From Tubulanus polymorphus (Eukaryota; Animalia; Nemertea), in contig NC_134030.1 of NCBI RefSeq assembly GCF_964204645.1, positions 22,342,210 through 22,406,209 on the forward strand: a stretch of DNA of 64,000 bases, written 5' to 3'. Below, piece by piece: positions 48,173-61,959 of this stretch (within the stretch, counting starts at the first letter, position 1; each line of letters begins with the position of its first letter). The notes under the pieces were generated by a model. The model was not told the origin of the DNA and ran no database searches. It saw only the letters and a list, made by a program, of their open reading frames with translations. The position numbers and the translations under genes were made by a program.

Positions 48173-51100
48173 CTAATCTGATTTTTTATCGCGCGGTGAT
48201 TTTTCCGACGCGTTTTGCTCGATTGAATTCCGTTCGGACTCGACGCTGGTTGTCGTCGAGTCCGCGACCGTATCCGCGTTTTCCTCTTCATCGGGGAAAA
48301 TGTCGTTCGGGATTTCGATGTCCGGTGAACCGGGCGCGCTCCCCGAGTCCGATTCCGTCGAGCCTGGAAAATAAAATGAATTACGGTTTTACATTATTAA
48401 ATAAATCTGGTTGAGTCGGCGAGGTCACTCTCTACGTGCTTAAATAACTTTCAAAACTGGTCAAGAGAAGCTGTTGTCGTCTCATAGGAAGAATAGATCA
48501 GGGAGGGGAGAGGGAGTGGAGAGGCAGAGGGGAGGGAGGAGAGAGTGGAGAGGGGAGGGGGAGTGGGAAGGGAGAGGGGAGGGAGGAGAGAGTGGAGAGG
48601 GAGAGGGGAGTGGAGAGGGAGGAGAGAATGGAGAGGGAGAGGAGAGAATGGAGAGGGAGAGGGGAGTGGAAAGGGGAGGGATGAGAGAGTGGAGAGGGAG
48701 AGGGAGGAGAGAGTGGAGAGGAAGAGGGGAGTGGAAAGGGGAGGGATGAGAGAGTGGAGTGGAGAGGGAGAGGGGGAGTGGAGAGAGAGAGAATACAAAC
48801 CTTCAGCGTCATAGAGTTGTTGTTGTATAATAGAAGGCTCAAGTCGAGGAGCGTGCGGACGGTTTTTACGAGCTGGATTTATCGTGTAACAGTAACAACA
48901 ACGAAATGCTGAAAACAAACGAAAACAGAAAATCATTTTTAGAAATCGATTTTACTTCAAAATCCCAAATAACGAAGTCAAGGCGGTTTAATTTGCAATG
49001 ATTAATTCATAGTTATTTTCAGTCAGTCCCTTTGCGTATAGCATCCTCCAGCGACCTAGATTCGAATGGTTTATAGACTTGCCACGGTACGAAACCCTGT
49101 CGCACTAGCCCCAGTGCGCGGTTATGTATGCAACTTAGAAATGTCATTATTAGCCAAAGAGAAATCCTGTTTTATTTAAGCCTTTAATCAGTAATCAGTA
49201 ACTAGGGAGCGATTTGAATAGACCAGCTTTAGTGGGAATAGAATATTCAAGTATAGAGTTAATAAGATACACAATATCTGTGTAAGATGAATGAACGCGA
49301 GAAATCCCACAATGATTTAAACCAAGAATGAAAAGTTCTTTATTTAATATAGAACTTTTCATTCTTGGCTTAATCAAAATAATTCTGAAATTCCCTGATT
49401 TTCCCTGATGTCCCTGTTCCGTAAGAACCCTGGGGACGGTTGCACAGTCGTGGCTCGGACTTAAGACCAGTCTAAGACCAACTTAGTTCTATAGCCAATC
49501 TAACAACTTAAGACCAGTCTTAAGATTTAAGACCACTTGAGTCACAACTGTGCAATTGGGCCCAGATATCAAAATGATAAATTTCGAGCAATGTTTCAGC
49601 TAAATAATATCAGCCATGATCAGGCGTACTGTGAACAGAATGAATTAACAAAATGTATAAATAAACATTCTATCAATTTCATTCTCGTAAGTCAAGTATT
49701 GATTTCAGTCAAGCATTCTAACTCATTTTCCTGTGAACAGATGGCGACACCGGACAGCCTAACATGTCTAGCAAAGCCTGAAAGTGCATCACCATACAAT
49801 TAGCATGTACTAGGGGGTATAGAAACCAGGGGTCACGTGGGTCAGATTCCTGAAGTTAAGAAGATCGTCAGTAGTAATGGTACAAAACACTTAAGACGAT
49901 CTCCAAAGACTTTGGCCGATATTTTGGACGCATTAACGCAAGAATCTGATGATAATTCATCTACGGATGAATCATGATAGTGCCGATCATGGCTGGCCAG
50001 ACAATCCGAATGACCAAGAGATACTCTGACCAGAGGCGCAGACCCTGAAGGTGATCCCTAAGACGTGGTATCATTCGAATGCTTTTAAATAGAGCTGTCA
50101 TTAAATACATTATACTGTACATTAAATGACAGCTCTTTTCAAAGTCATACTAGTATACAATTACAGGGTTATCCCTTATATCAACTGAGTTATATAGTTT
50201 TCCCCTTGCGTCCTACAAAATCAGTCACAGGCTGAAAACGGGATCAGTGCGGTGTTTTCCCATTTATTGTTTATCCGTTAAATCTGCCTCAGCGATTCTA
50301 CAACGAGCAATCAATCTGATCGGTGCCTGTTTGGTGGATGATCCGGCACAATTCAAGAATAGGGGACTATAGCAATATATATGTAGTGATAGTAATCAAA
50401 TAAGTAATAATAATAGTAATTGATAACGATGATATATAATGATAGTAATATATATAGTAATTAATGAAGATTAGGGAACTAAACCTAACCCTAAACCTAA
50501 CCACTAGTCCCCTATTCTTGAATCTTACCGATGATCCTACATTGATGCAGTAACATAATTTCATACTCGCTAAATTTTTACAGATTAAAGTCGACTAGAC
50601 TGAATTGAATTTGCTTACACATATATTCGAATTCCTCTTTGAGAGCCATCCCGTTATGAGATAAACACTGTCGACAGATGAGAGCGTAACGATTCTGAGG
50701 ACCATCGCCGACGAGATACTCGACCAGTCTGTCTACGTTCGTTCGATCGCGCGGAATGATCGGACGCGGCAACGGTGGCCCGGGAGGACCGTACAACGCA
50801 GCAGCCGGTGAACCTGAAAATACGTAAAAGGACTGAATTTGTAAAAATCTGTATTTCACAAACTCTTACTCAGCTACTAACTCAGTATTTGACACCAACT
50901 CGGGGTAGAATTTTACCAGTCTCAACTTTACCGCAGTAAGAGACAGAGTCTACTGTATTTCACAAACTCTTACTCAGTATTTGACACCAACTCGGGGTAG
51001 AATTTTACCGGTCTCAACTTTACCGCAGTAAGAGACAGAGTCTACTGTATTTCACAAACTCTTACTCAGTATTTGACACCAACTCGGGGTAGAATTTTAC

Positions 51101-54100
51101 CGGTCTCAACTTTACCGCAGTAAGAGACAGAATCTACTGTATTTCACAAACTCTTACTCAGTATTTGACACCAACTCGGGGTAGAGTTTTACCAGTCTCA
51201 ATTTAACCGCAGTAAGAGACAGAGTCTACAATGTACTTACCGGGCTGTTGTGAATTTGGGAAACCATTTTTTTGCTGCATTGATGCTGAAGGTGGGAATA
51301 TGTGTCTTTGATTGGTGACTGGCGGGCGGGGTAGCCGCGGGGTACCCGTATGCGGGATAGAGCCCGGCGGGCTTCCTCCTGGCGTTCGATGGCGCACATC
51401 TAGATTATCAAAACAGAAAATGTAAATTTTACAAATTCTTCCGGGTGTAAGTAACATTTACAAATGGAGCCGGTTTGTGAAGTTCTAAATCATGAATATT
51501 ACCTGATCCCAGTCCGGGGGTCCGAAGCCGGTCAGACAGCGGGGTAGATATAGGTTTCTGTAAAAAAGAATTTTAAAATCATAGGTTTTTTTTCTTATTT
51601 CGAAGATCGGCTCGACAACTGCAGAAGCGGGTCTAGGGTTCAAGTTAAAACTGATCTATCATTACAGATGCACTCTCCACAAAACCAGGCCTATATATTC
51701 CTCGCTTGCCAGGGTTTTATAGCCTCCCATCAAAGCTCATGCTGACACAAACCCTGGTCGCAAACCCTTCACTGGCCTATCAGACCGTCAAAATATCCTC
51801 CGTCAGCAGCCAGGGTTTGTGTTGGAGTGAGTGAGGCAGGAGGCAATCAAACCCTGGCATGCGAGGATGTCATTGTTCAGAAAATAAGATTACAAACCGA
51901 TTATGTTCAAATTAAAAGAAATTTAAAATCGAGAATTTATTTATTAATAATAATAATAATAATTATTCAAAAAATCTAAAAGACACGACGTTTCAATCAT
52001 TTATTTTAATTTGTACACAGTGGGTTTCTATTTTATTATCTTTTCACCACGTTTGAGTGTTGCTATCGTTCCATGTTGTTCAGAAATTCATTTTTTAAGT
52101 CAATAAAAGGTTGTGCTTTTTTTTTGTCTTACCTCAATTTTCTTGAATTGTTCCGGGTCGAATTTCTCCAATATTTCTTTCGCTTTCTTATAAACCTCTT
52201 TCTCCATCACTTCCTCCAGCTAAACACGAACGAACAAGAAACGAACGCAGTGAAAATAAAATTCATTATTTCCAAATTCGCAGAAATGAAATTTCAAATT
52301 TTCAAACGTTAACTCACGATGTCTTTCTTTTTGGTCCTCAAATCTCGCAGTTTTCCATCTGAAACAATTAAAATGATCTTGCAGTAAACTTTCCTGTGAT
52401 TTACAGTCGACTGTCTGCACTGTGGAGCTGGATCCAGTTCCACAGTGGACTGACTGCCTGCACTGTGGAGCTGGATCCAGTTCCACAGTGGACTGCCTGC
52501 ACTGTGGAGCTGGATCCAGTTCCACAGTGGACTGTCTGCACTCTAGAGCTGGATCCAGTTCCACAGTTGTCAGTTAGAGTTAACTCTGAACTCAGAATCC
52601 AGTTCCACAGTTGTGGTGAGTTAGAGTTAACTCTGAAATCAGGATCCAGTTCCACAGTTACGAGTTAGAGTCAACTTTGAACTCAGGATCCAGTTCCACA
52701 GTTGTGGTGAGTTTGAGTCAACTTTGAACTCAGGATCCAGTTCCACAGTTGTGGTGAGTTAGAGTCAACTTTGAACTCAGGATCCAGTTCCACAGTTGTG
52801 GTGAGTTACTATAAACTCAGGATCCACAGCAATTAGTTTAAGTGGAGCTATTTAATACACAATACACAAGACTTCATGAGACAAGATTGAAGGGGAGGAA
52901 GGAAGGGTCAGGGGGAGGGGGTGGGTGAGGGGGTTAATACCTGTTCTCGATGTGCGCTGTATAAAATACCAATGTAAAAATCTTTTTAACAGCCATATCC
53001 TAAAAAAGACAAAGGAAAGCAAATTCGAATAATCAAATTTCAAATTCGACCAATCGCTGATCAGATAATCTAACGGCTGAACTTACAATCCGGGGAATAT
53101 GATAAGAGGAAGAGAGTGGAGTATTCGTTCGGTCCAGTTTGTCGGGAAATACCCGAAATAGAACACAAGTGCCGCGATGATATATAGGACAATCGACCAG
53201 ACAATCAAATAGCCGACAATCGTTTTCTGTGATTGTAAATTCTGAGCGCGAGATTTCTCATAACTTTTTATCTCCTGAAAGAATAAACTGTGAAATTATA
53301 GAAACTTGATTCCAAAAGTTGCATGTTCTCTGTTGTTCCCAGACGGTAGATTGTTCCTAAGAAGAAGGCCCAGTTTTCATTGAATGGGATAATATCATCA
53401 AAGTTCCGCAGTTCTGGATCCAGTTCTGTATCTAGTTCCACAGTTCTGGATACAGTTCCACAGTTCTGGATCCATTTCCACAGTTCTGGATACAGTTTCC
53501 ACAGTTCTGGATACAGTTCCACAGTTCTGCAACCAGATCCACAGTTCTGGATCCAGTTCCACAGTTCTGGATTTAACGGAACTGGATCAGAAATCCAATA
53601 ATAATCACCAAAACAAAACGTACCTTTTCTAATGATTCAAGCTGTTCTACTGTTGTTGGCTTTTTCTACAAAACACAAACATATACATCAAAAGAAACGT
53701 CTCAGGAAACGTAAACAGACCCAGGACTTACAGGAGTAGGCTCCCTGGAGGGCATCTCAGTGGGACATTCACATGGCTTTTAGAACAATACCAATTGGAG
53801 CGTTTTGTAAGATTGGCAGACCGGATCTGCAGACCGGAGGGGGTCATCTGAAAGATACTGGACCTGGAGTCACTGATACTGGTTTTATGTTGATGGTCCG
53901 AGACTGAGAGTGAGCCAGATGGCAGAAACAACCAGATGGCCTCACTAACTTCAGCTAATGCTTTTTATTTCTATACTGCCATTCTGACAAACCCACCCAA
54001 AATTTGAATGCCATAATGGAGGGTTCAGAGAGTGCACCACTTTCACTTTGACCCACTGCACTTAATGTCCTGACACCGATTTCAACAAATAGAACAAACT

Positions 54101-54229
54101 CGTTTAAATTAAATTCGGCTGAAAATTTCAAATCTCTCTTAATCCAAAATCAATTTAATCGTTGCATTTTAAACTGGCAAATCGTGAATTATGAGAACTT
54201 ACCCGCCAGCGAGATATGATAGAACCCAT
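48173..54229 (-). CDS. LNPK: Endoplasmic reticulum junction formation protein lunapark (11 coding exons, 383 aa)
   Basis: Coding exons (minus strand): 54203-54229, 53624-53665, 53087-53274, 52941-52999, 52318-52358, 52133-52219, 51503-51557, 51241-51399, 50619-50813, 48801-48908, 48173-48363. All introns are GT-AG, phases are consistent, total 1152 nt. Protein starts MGSIISRWRKKPTTVEQLESLEKEI (Gly2 myristoylation site), has two TM segments, LEEVMEKEVYKKAKEILEKFDP, a Pro-rich region, VDRLVEYLVGDGPQNRYALICRQCLSHNGMALKEEFEY and the C4 zinc finger FRCCYCYTINPARK (the LNPARK motif). Confidence 0.97.
48500..48792. repeat. GA-rich polypurine tract in the last LNPK intron
   Basis: Direct inspection. 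Confidence 0.9.
49430..49565. mobile_element. Small MITE
   Basis: ctggggacggttgcacagtcgtggctc / gagtcacaactgtgcaattgggcccag; internal ttaagacca repeats. Confidence 0.6.
50849..51228. repeat. 92-bp tandem repeat (about 4 copies) filling an LNPK intron
   Basis: Units start at about 50849, 50953, 51045, 51137. Confidence 0.92.
51698..51869. mobile_element. Small MITE
   Basis: TIR tcctcgcttgccagggttt / aaaccctggcatgcgagga. Confidence 0.65.
52410..52830. repeat. GGATCCAGTTCCACAG-core minisatellite (related arrays at 53405-53590 and 40655-40760)
   Basis: Same core in three intronic locations with different unit lengths. Confidence 0.88.
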
Positions 54230-56568
54230 TCTTCGTCTGACAGTCAGTCAGTCAGACTCCAGACAGATGACTCAAGAGTCAAAGTTTCAATCTTGAATTT
54301 TGATCGGCGACCATTTGAATTGTTTCATTTCCTACATTGAACTGGGACGTTAGATCTTCGACGCCAGATACCGTCACTTCAGATCGACCGTGCTAGGCCT
54401 TGGGCAAAATGAAAACAAATTTCTGAAGTGCATAAATATTAAATATTCGAACTGTAATTATTGATTAACGCGATATAATTTAGTTTATACTGTTAAAAGT
54501 ACCTACTTTGTTTATTACTTAATCTGAGACCAAGGTCAACATACAGGTTAGCGCGACGCTCGTCGGTTCAGCTAAGGTAATGTATTGATCGTTGTTTTAT
54601 ATTAGACTGTCGTGTCAGAGCCTCGAAAGTGTCAGGTCCGCATCGGGAACCTCCTGAGCTAGGTTTAGGATTGTATCGCATGTTGAACCCTGTCTGACCC
54701 GCATGTTCTACATGCGCAAGAAATAAATCAATGTCATCAGTTAATAAAAATGAATAAATCAATTTTCTAAGTGTTTTCGTGTACTTCGAAAACCTTTCCG
54801 TGAACCTCCTTTAAATCAATTTGTTCTACTTGTGCTCAGGGCCCAAGACCTGACATGACAGAGTGGGACCTCAGGTGACAGGTTGATTCGCTAAAATGAA
54901 AATCGTTATGACTGAACCGATGAGACGTGATAAGAAGACATGATAGGCGCGGATTTAGAACACATGATAGCCGATGAGAACATATCGTAGTGCTTTCTGA
55001 ATATATTATTCAAAAACAGGCGGTGCAACCAGGATAATCTAAGCTCATCTTGCTTTTGGTATCTTCTTCATGTGTTCTTCAAACTTGAAACTTTTCCCGT
55101 TGAATTACAGTCTCCCCTCTCCATCTCCTCTCCCCTATTGAATTCATCAGAATGCGTCACTTATTTATATCATATCACATTATTTACCATCAAAGAAGGC
55201 CTCAGGCAGCCTCATTAATCAATCTGTCGTTGGAACTACTTTTTGTTCAGGTGCGCGTCACAAGACTCGCTGCGATGTAATCTGTGCGTGTACTGCATAT
55301 GAAAAGCGTGCCTCATGTGGTGGCCTAGTTAAAAGTTTTCCAGGAAACTGCATTTGATTCAACTGATTTATAAAAGATTCACGGACCGGCCGTGAAGGGC
55401 AGTGAAATGGGGGTGTTATTAAAACTATACACTACTAAGACTAAGACAGTATGCACTTAGAGGTGTAAGCTAACTATGATGACTAAAACGAAGTCCGATG
55501 AGCTATTGCACTCATTAGAAATCATCACTCGGGGTGCTATCTGTGTATTCAACCATCTCTGCCAATGAGTGTAGGCAATACCAGATATAAACAAATGCAT
55601 GTGAAACGTTGGTCGGTTTTCTCCGGTGCATATAGTCTTTTTATTTAGTAGTGCTTCGTTTTTAGTTACACTTATTGCTTAACTCAACGAATGACAAATT
55701 TCAAAATCATATTTATTCTCATACAACAATTATACAAAATGTCAGGTTCGTGCTCGAGGAATTATAACGTAATCTCCTCGAACACGTGGACTTTCAAAAA
55801 ACAACTAGTCCAACCACCATAGGCGTATAAACTATAAATGAGTGTTTATACGCCCCTTGGTCCAAACATAGACTCTAAAACAAATAAGTCTATGGCCCAA
55901 CCATGGACTAAATTGTCCATGGCCCCCGCACTAAAACCAGAGATAAACCTGGCCAAATACTCTGGAAAGCGTAGGATTAATCAATCTGATTTACATTCTT
56001 TACATCATTTATTTTCGCATATCAAATTATTAACTTTTAGCTTATTTTCTCAAATTTTAATAGTAATTTTATTTCTATTACTATGTATGAAATTGTACTA
56101 ACTTTAAAATCACAAAAGTTACATGTAAGGTATTTAGAAGTCTTTATCTACGATACATTTCCACTACAGCTGATTAATACAATTTTCATCAATGGGAAAA
56201 TTACAAAAAATACACAAAGAGTTGTAAACTTTGATCCATAAAACACCGAAAAAAGGACTAGTCTGAAAGTCTAAGATTATGAATTTGACAATTCATGAGG
56301 TCAATATAACCGACACTTTGTTATATTTCATGAAATATGAATCTATCATCGTCAACTTTTCAAATGACATCGAGATTGAGGACATCTTAATTATATCAAG
56401 AAAAAACATCAAACCTACAAATTCACTCACTCTGGAAAGCGTAAGGTTAACTAATTAATCTTAATTATTACTAGAAAACTAAAAACATTGCCAAATTTTC
56501 CTCGTCTTTAAGAGATTTCTTCAAACATCATCAACTACTTTTTCACAAATTTTACATTTGAAACATAG

Positions 56569-56822
56569 CAGGGTCTGATTTAACAATTTCAATTGCCCGG
56601 GACAAGTATGTTTTCATTAGGGCATGAAGGTTATCATAATCACTAATCCACCGGGCTTGTGTAATTCTATGTCTCAAAGCTTTTATCCCACTCGATGCAA
56701 GGGATTATTGTGTCACAATCGGACTATTCATGTAGAGCAAGTTGATTTTTGAGGTGGCAAGTGATACTACATATCTGCTTGCCCCAAGGTCAAGTGGCAT
56801 TTATTCCTCAGATCAAACCCTG
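56569..56822. mobile_element. Possible hAT-like MITE
   Basis: cagggtctgat / atcaaaccctg termini with acttgccc/gggcaagt-like subterminal repeats. No clear TSD. Confidence 0.45.
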
Positions 56823-57575
56823 CAAACTATTATAAAGGTTTTTCTTCGTGATAATTTAAGAGAAATCAAGTATTTTCAAATAAATATGGTTTAATTGACG
56901 AAGCTGCGGTAACTTCTTAATTGTTTTATTCAACTTGATAGTAGATAGAAAAACAACTCTATATAAAGATCAGAAATTATTCTTGTCCAGATATTACAGG
57001 CCCCACACAAACGCGGTTTAAACTGATAATCTAAACAAAGCTAGGACAATTATTCTATGCTCTCGCTATTTTCGACAGGGCCTTGATTAGATCAGTATTT
57101 TATGAACCACTGAAAAGCACGAAAGTGAAATTTTTGCTATAAAACTTAACAACTAAAAAGTTTTAACATGAATGATAAAAATGTTCACATCGTTTTATTC
57201 ACACAACAATAATATCTTAATCGAGGAATCATCATGCAAGTTCCTAATTTACAAACACGCGAACTGTGTTACAATAACTGTCTACAACATAGAGCATTAA
57301 AACTAGAGATGAGAAACTCAGATTCACTCTGGAACTCTTTGTATCAATTAATCTTGGCATTAAATACTAAGTATTCTGACGTTTTTTCTGGCAGCTTCAA
57401 CATAATTATAAGATCGGTAACTAATCAATAACATCAATAACTTAGTTTATAGCTGTTTTAAATTCTTTCTAAAAAGTAAAATGTATGTACCAGATTTTAG
57501 ATAGTAAGTCTACCCACGTATAACAATAAACAGTCGCAGCAGTGATTGAGCGCGGCTAGTTGAAAGGACGGGTCG

Positions 57576-57721
57576 ATCTTTCATCACAGTTATTCAAAGC
57601 ATTCTATCATATCAGTTATTTTTTTAAATGTTTTTCGATTTAGTTAAGGTTTATGGTTATTTGTTTTGTTCATTACAATAACTGAGTTGATAGAATGCTT
57701 TGAATAACGACAGAAAAGATC
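57576..57721. repeat. Inverted repeat with about 45-bp arms
   Basis: gttattcaaagcattctatca / tgatagaatgctttgaataac. Confidence 0.75.
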
Positions 57722-59977
57722 TCGGGTTTTTGCTATACTTAGGGAAGGTTGTTCGATAAATGAAGAACCTTGTTGATAAATATTTGAAAAAATGCCTTTT
57801 CATGTAAATAGAATATTAATTTGTTGTATGTTTGTTTGTATTGTTGTTTATCCTATTTATTATTTATTGGTTTTTTTTAATTTTTTAGAATTAATTTATG
57901 TATTTGTAGTTTGTACTATGTATTATTTATACTCCTCTATTTACAACTGCAGGCATTTTTTCACTGTAAAGTCCTGGGGCCCATTTAAAAAAAAGCGCTA
58001 CTGATTCACTGCCACTCGTTGATAATCATTATACACCCAATTTGAAGCCAAGTGATTATTCACGAGAGCCATCTCGTGATATGGATTTACCCATTACAAT
58101 AAAAGAAGTTCAAACAGCTATAAACAATGTTAAAACGTTACAAATTAGTCCTAGCTATAACTTTAAGCCTTGTTATTCCTAGCTTTACCTCTCAAATGTA
58201 ATAATGGTCTCCTTTCAGAGGCTTTAGTTTTCAAATACGTAGGTATGATCATCAAACAGATTGATGGAGGCTTTAATCGAAATCTTTGTTTCAAATTTTT
58301 CAAAATTGGTTACCTTCGAAAATATCAATGCCATCAAATTTGTACATCTACAATTCAGCAAATAGTTAATATTGGTACATCAACACTGGTCTAACGTTAT
58401 GTTCTATGTTTCCTAACTATGTGATATCTACACGGACAAATACTAGCCACAGTTGACTATGTTTAACTATGGTAAGTTGGAAGATTAAACTCACAATATG
58501 ATGTTGAAACTATATCTCAGTTTAGGTTAACTCAACAGACCTACTAGTCCAAACTAGGCACTCGACACAACCATTTACCCCTAGTGACTAACTTAACTTG
58601 ACTTATCTATCAACCAAGGATCGAAGACCAAAATCGTGCATTAATGGAGCTTAGCTTTTATTAGACTCTCACATTGCATAAACATTATCAAATAGTTTCC
58701 TCGAAAACACTATATTATCCATCAGACTGATTTGAAAAAGGTGATAAGCAAAAAAATCAATACTTTACTAGAAAAGTCCACTATTGTCTTCGCCGCTCCT
58801 GGATTTCAAGTGCTAATAAGATGCACTATTATCTATGCTGCTCCTAATAAGATACACTATTGTCTTTGCTGCTTTTAAAACAGTGTTTATCGTGAATCAG
58901 TGTTTATGAGAATCCATTAGCTTTGTCGCTCGAATCAGTGTTTATAAGATTCACTATTGTCTCTGCTGCTCCTGATAAAATGTTTTAGAGAAATCACCGA
59001 TTGTAGAAGAATCCATCGTTGAGCGATTAATCCATCGCTGGCTCCTAAACTTCTCATTTGGGCTTCTGCAATTTTCATCAGCAAATAGGTCGATCAGTAA
59101 TCGTTGTGGGTGTCTTCTCGATGATGTTAGTTTGGCTGAAACAAAGTGAAGAAAGCAAAACATTTTAGACAGATTTATCACAACTTACATGTCATTTTAA
59201 ATTACAAGCCACCGTGTTTTTCACTTAGTTAATATAGTTATTTCCAAAATCAGAATTAGGTTCATTGACGTCAGTTGCCGATTTAAACCCCAATAAATAA
59301 TTTCAGTAGTAGGACTAGTTCATCAATGTTTAAGCTTGGAGTAATCATTTGAAAAATTTATTACTCCAAGGTGTAAGACTAGTAAAGATAAAAGTTCTAA
59401 GATCAGCCATGTGGACAGGTAAATAGATTTCGATGATAATCACTTATCAAATGATATTCATATGAGGCCTGCAAATTCTATATACCGGTAATTTCCATCT
59501 AATGAGTTTGATTCTTCTGTGGGTTGTTCAAATCCGTAGATTTCAGATGAGTAGTTGATTTTAAGCTGGTCTCTTTCTTATAGTTGAAACTAAGCTGCAA
59601 TGAGTAAAGAAATATATCCTGTAATCACGACATTTAAAAATCATCGTAATAACTCCATGTATATCAAGTTACCTTTTATGATTGCTGGTTTCATCATCGA
59701 CGAGGATCTCCTAAGTCGGTTGGTTTCTGTGCAATGTTCTCTAATCGGCATCTTTGATGAGTTGTTGACCTCGAGCTCGCGTTTAACTTTTCGAGTTGGT
59801 GTCCCTTACAAACCTACCACACCTGCCGGGAGCGAAACGGTGGTTTTTTTCTAAATCGGAAATCGAAGTACAGATATAGTTGCGTGATCGGCGGTCGTTT
59901 TAACAGATCTTTTTTTTTTAAGTCCAAGAACATAATTGGTAATTCGGTTCCGGTTCATTCAAACAATCTTTTATTCT

Positions 59978-61010
59978 GCCTAATTCTGATTTTGGAAATA
60001 ACTAACTATATTACAAGGTTGAAGATAATTTTACAATATTTGGTCTTTTTTTATGTAACTAGTCCGAAAGTTTACAACGTTTAATAATTTTGTCTAACTT
60101 CGATTTTTTTTGGTCGTTTTCACCGTTTAAATAGTCGAAGCACATATTAAGTGACTGATTGGGGTTAACTTTTTTCCTGCCTAATTTTCCTGCCTAATTT
60201 AATACATCGAGATTTTGGAAATAACTATATTTTACAATATTTGGTCTTGTTTTCGTGTAACTAGTCCGAAAGTTTACAAGGTGGGAGAATTTTGTCTATT
60301 TTTTTTCTGCCTAATTTAAAACATCGAGATTTTGGAAATAACTATATTTTACAACATTTGGTCTTTTTTTCATGTAACTAGTCCGAAAGTTTACAAGGTG
60401 GGAGAATTTTGTCTATTTTTTTTCTGCCTAATTTAAAACATCGAGATTTTGGAAATAACTATATTTTACAACATTTGGTCTTTTTTTCATGTAACTAGTC
60501 CGAAAGTTTACAAGGTTGAATAATTTTATCTATTTTTTTCTGCTTAATTTAAAACATCGAGATTTTGGAAATAACTATATTTTACAATATTTGGTCTTTT
60601 TTTCATGTAACTAGTCCGAAAGTTAACAAGGTTGATTAATTTTATCTATTTTTTTTCTGCCTAATTTAAACCATCGAGATTTTGAAAATAACTATATTTT
60701 ACAACATTTGGTCTTTTTTTCATGTAACTAGTCCGAAAGTTTACAAGGTGGGAGAATTTTGTCTATTTTTTTTCTGCCTAATTTAAAACATCGAGATTTT
60801 GGAAATAACTATATTTTACAACATTTGGTCTTTTTTTCATGTAACTAGTCCGACAGTTTACAAGGTTGAATAATTTTATCTATTTTTTTCTGCCTAATTT
60901 AAAACATCGAGATTTTGGAAATAACTATATTTTACAATATTTGGTCTTTTTTTCATGTAACTAGTCCGAAAGTTTACAAGGTGGGAGAATTTTGTCTAAC
61001 TTTAATTTTT
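59978..61010. repeat. About 117-bp tandem satellite (about 8 copies)
   Basis: gtaactagtccg recurs at 60257, 60374, 60491, 60607, 60724, 60841, 60957. Confidence 0.95.
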
Positions 61011-61959
61011 TTGTCGTTTTCACTGTTTAAATTTGTCTAATTTTTAAAAGTTTATTGTAGTTTTTCTCGAGTATGTCTGAAATCGAAGTACATAATTGGA
61101 AAATTCGATTCCGGTTCATTCAAACTATCTTCCAATCAGTCTGAAACGGCAAGCTGAAGAAAAGAGCAGAACCTTTTGAGCAGAAACTCCTTTCGAATAT
61201 CACTGATCATAATTATCATGTCAATTCATATGTAAGATCAGCAATGTGGATCGATACGTAGATTTTAATAATAGTCTTAAATGATATTTATGAAATTCAA
61301 CTCATAAAGTAATTCATCTATATTCTAAATATCTAAGCAATGGTTGATTATTTTTAGTTTAACAACAATTCAACTAAAGCATCTATAGTCATCTCTAGGA
61401 ATACCAGAGTTACAACAAATTTAGTAATGCATAATAAAATCTTATCCAATCGTTTTTGAACTGTTTTCTTTTCTATCTTCTTGAAATTCTTGATGTGTCT
61501 TTTATTGAAACCCAGGCCGATCATACAGTGCAAACCTGCTAGTAATATTGGCCTATATATATTTCGATTGTCAGCTAAACCATGTTCGTATTATCAAATT
61601 TACTTCATCGTCAGTTAATAAACTTAAGAGATGTTTTCTACCCACAGATGGCGACATCTGTACCCAGTGAATGGTATTCTAATCCATTCCATTAATTCTA
61701 AATATTGCTCCTAATATATACAATGATCTTGTAATCATGATAATGTAACTAACTGAAGAGTGAGTGCACTGCCAGCATTGAGCACACTGATCCTATAAGT
61801 AACATGGTTCTACAGATTTAAGAAACTTTGAATCATTCCCACACCTTGACAAATCCAGAATTCTGCAAAGCCTTAAAGATTCAATAAATCCCACGCACAA
61901 GAGACAGAGTTAAAACAGTTAACCAGTATTCTTTATATATATATATATCAATATCAAAT

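Noticed and set aside
48451-48842. Pro/Ser/Leu- and Gly/Glu/Arg-rich ORFs
   Set aside because: GA-rich intronic tract; only 48801-48908 is a real LNPK exon.
58954-59822. Three minus-strand segments with plausible splice sites
   Set aside because: No phase combination gives a continuous ORF. Could be a lncRNA, but there is no evidence from sequence alone.
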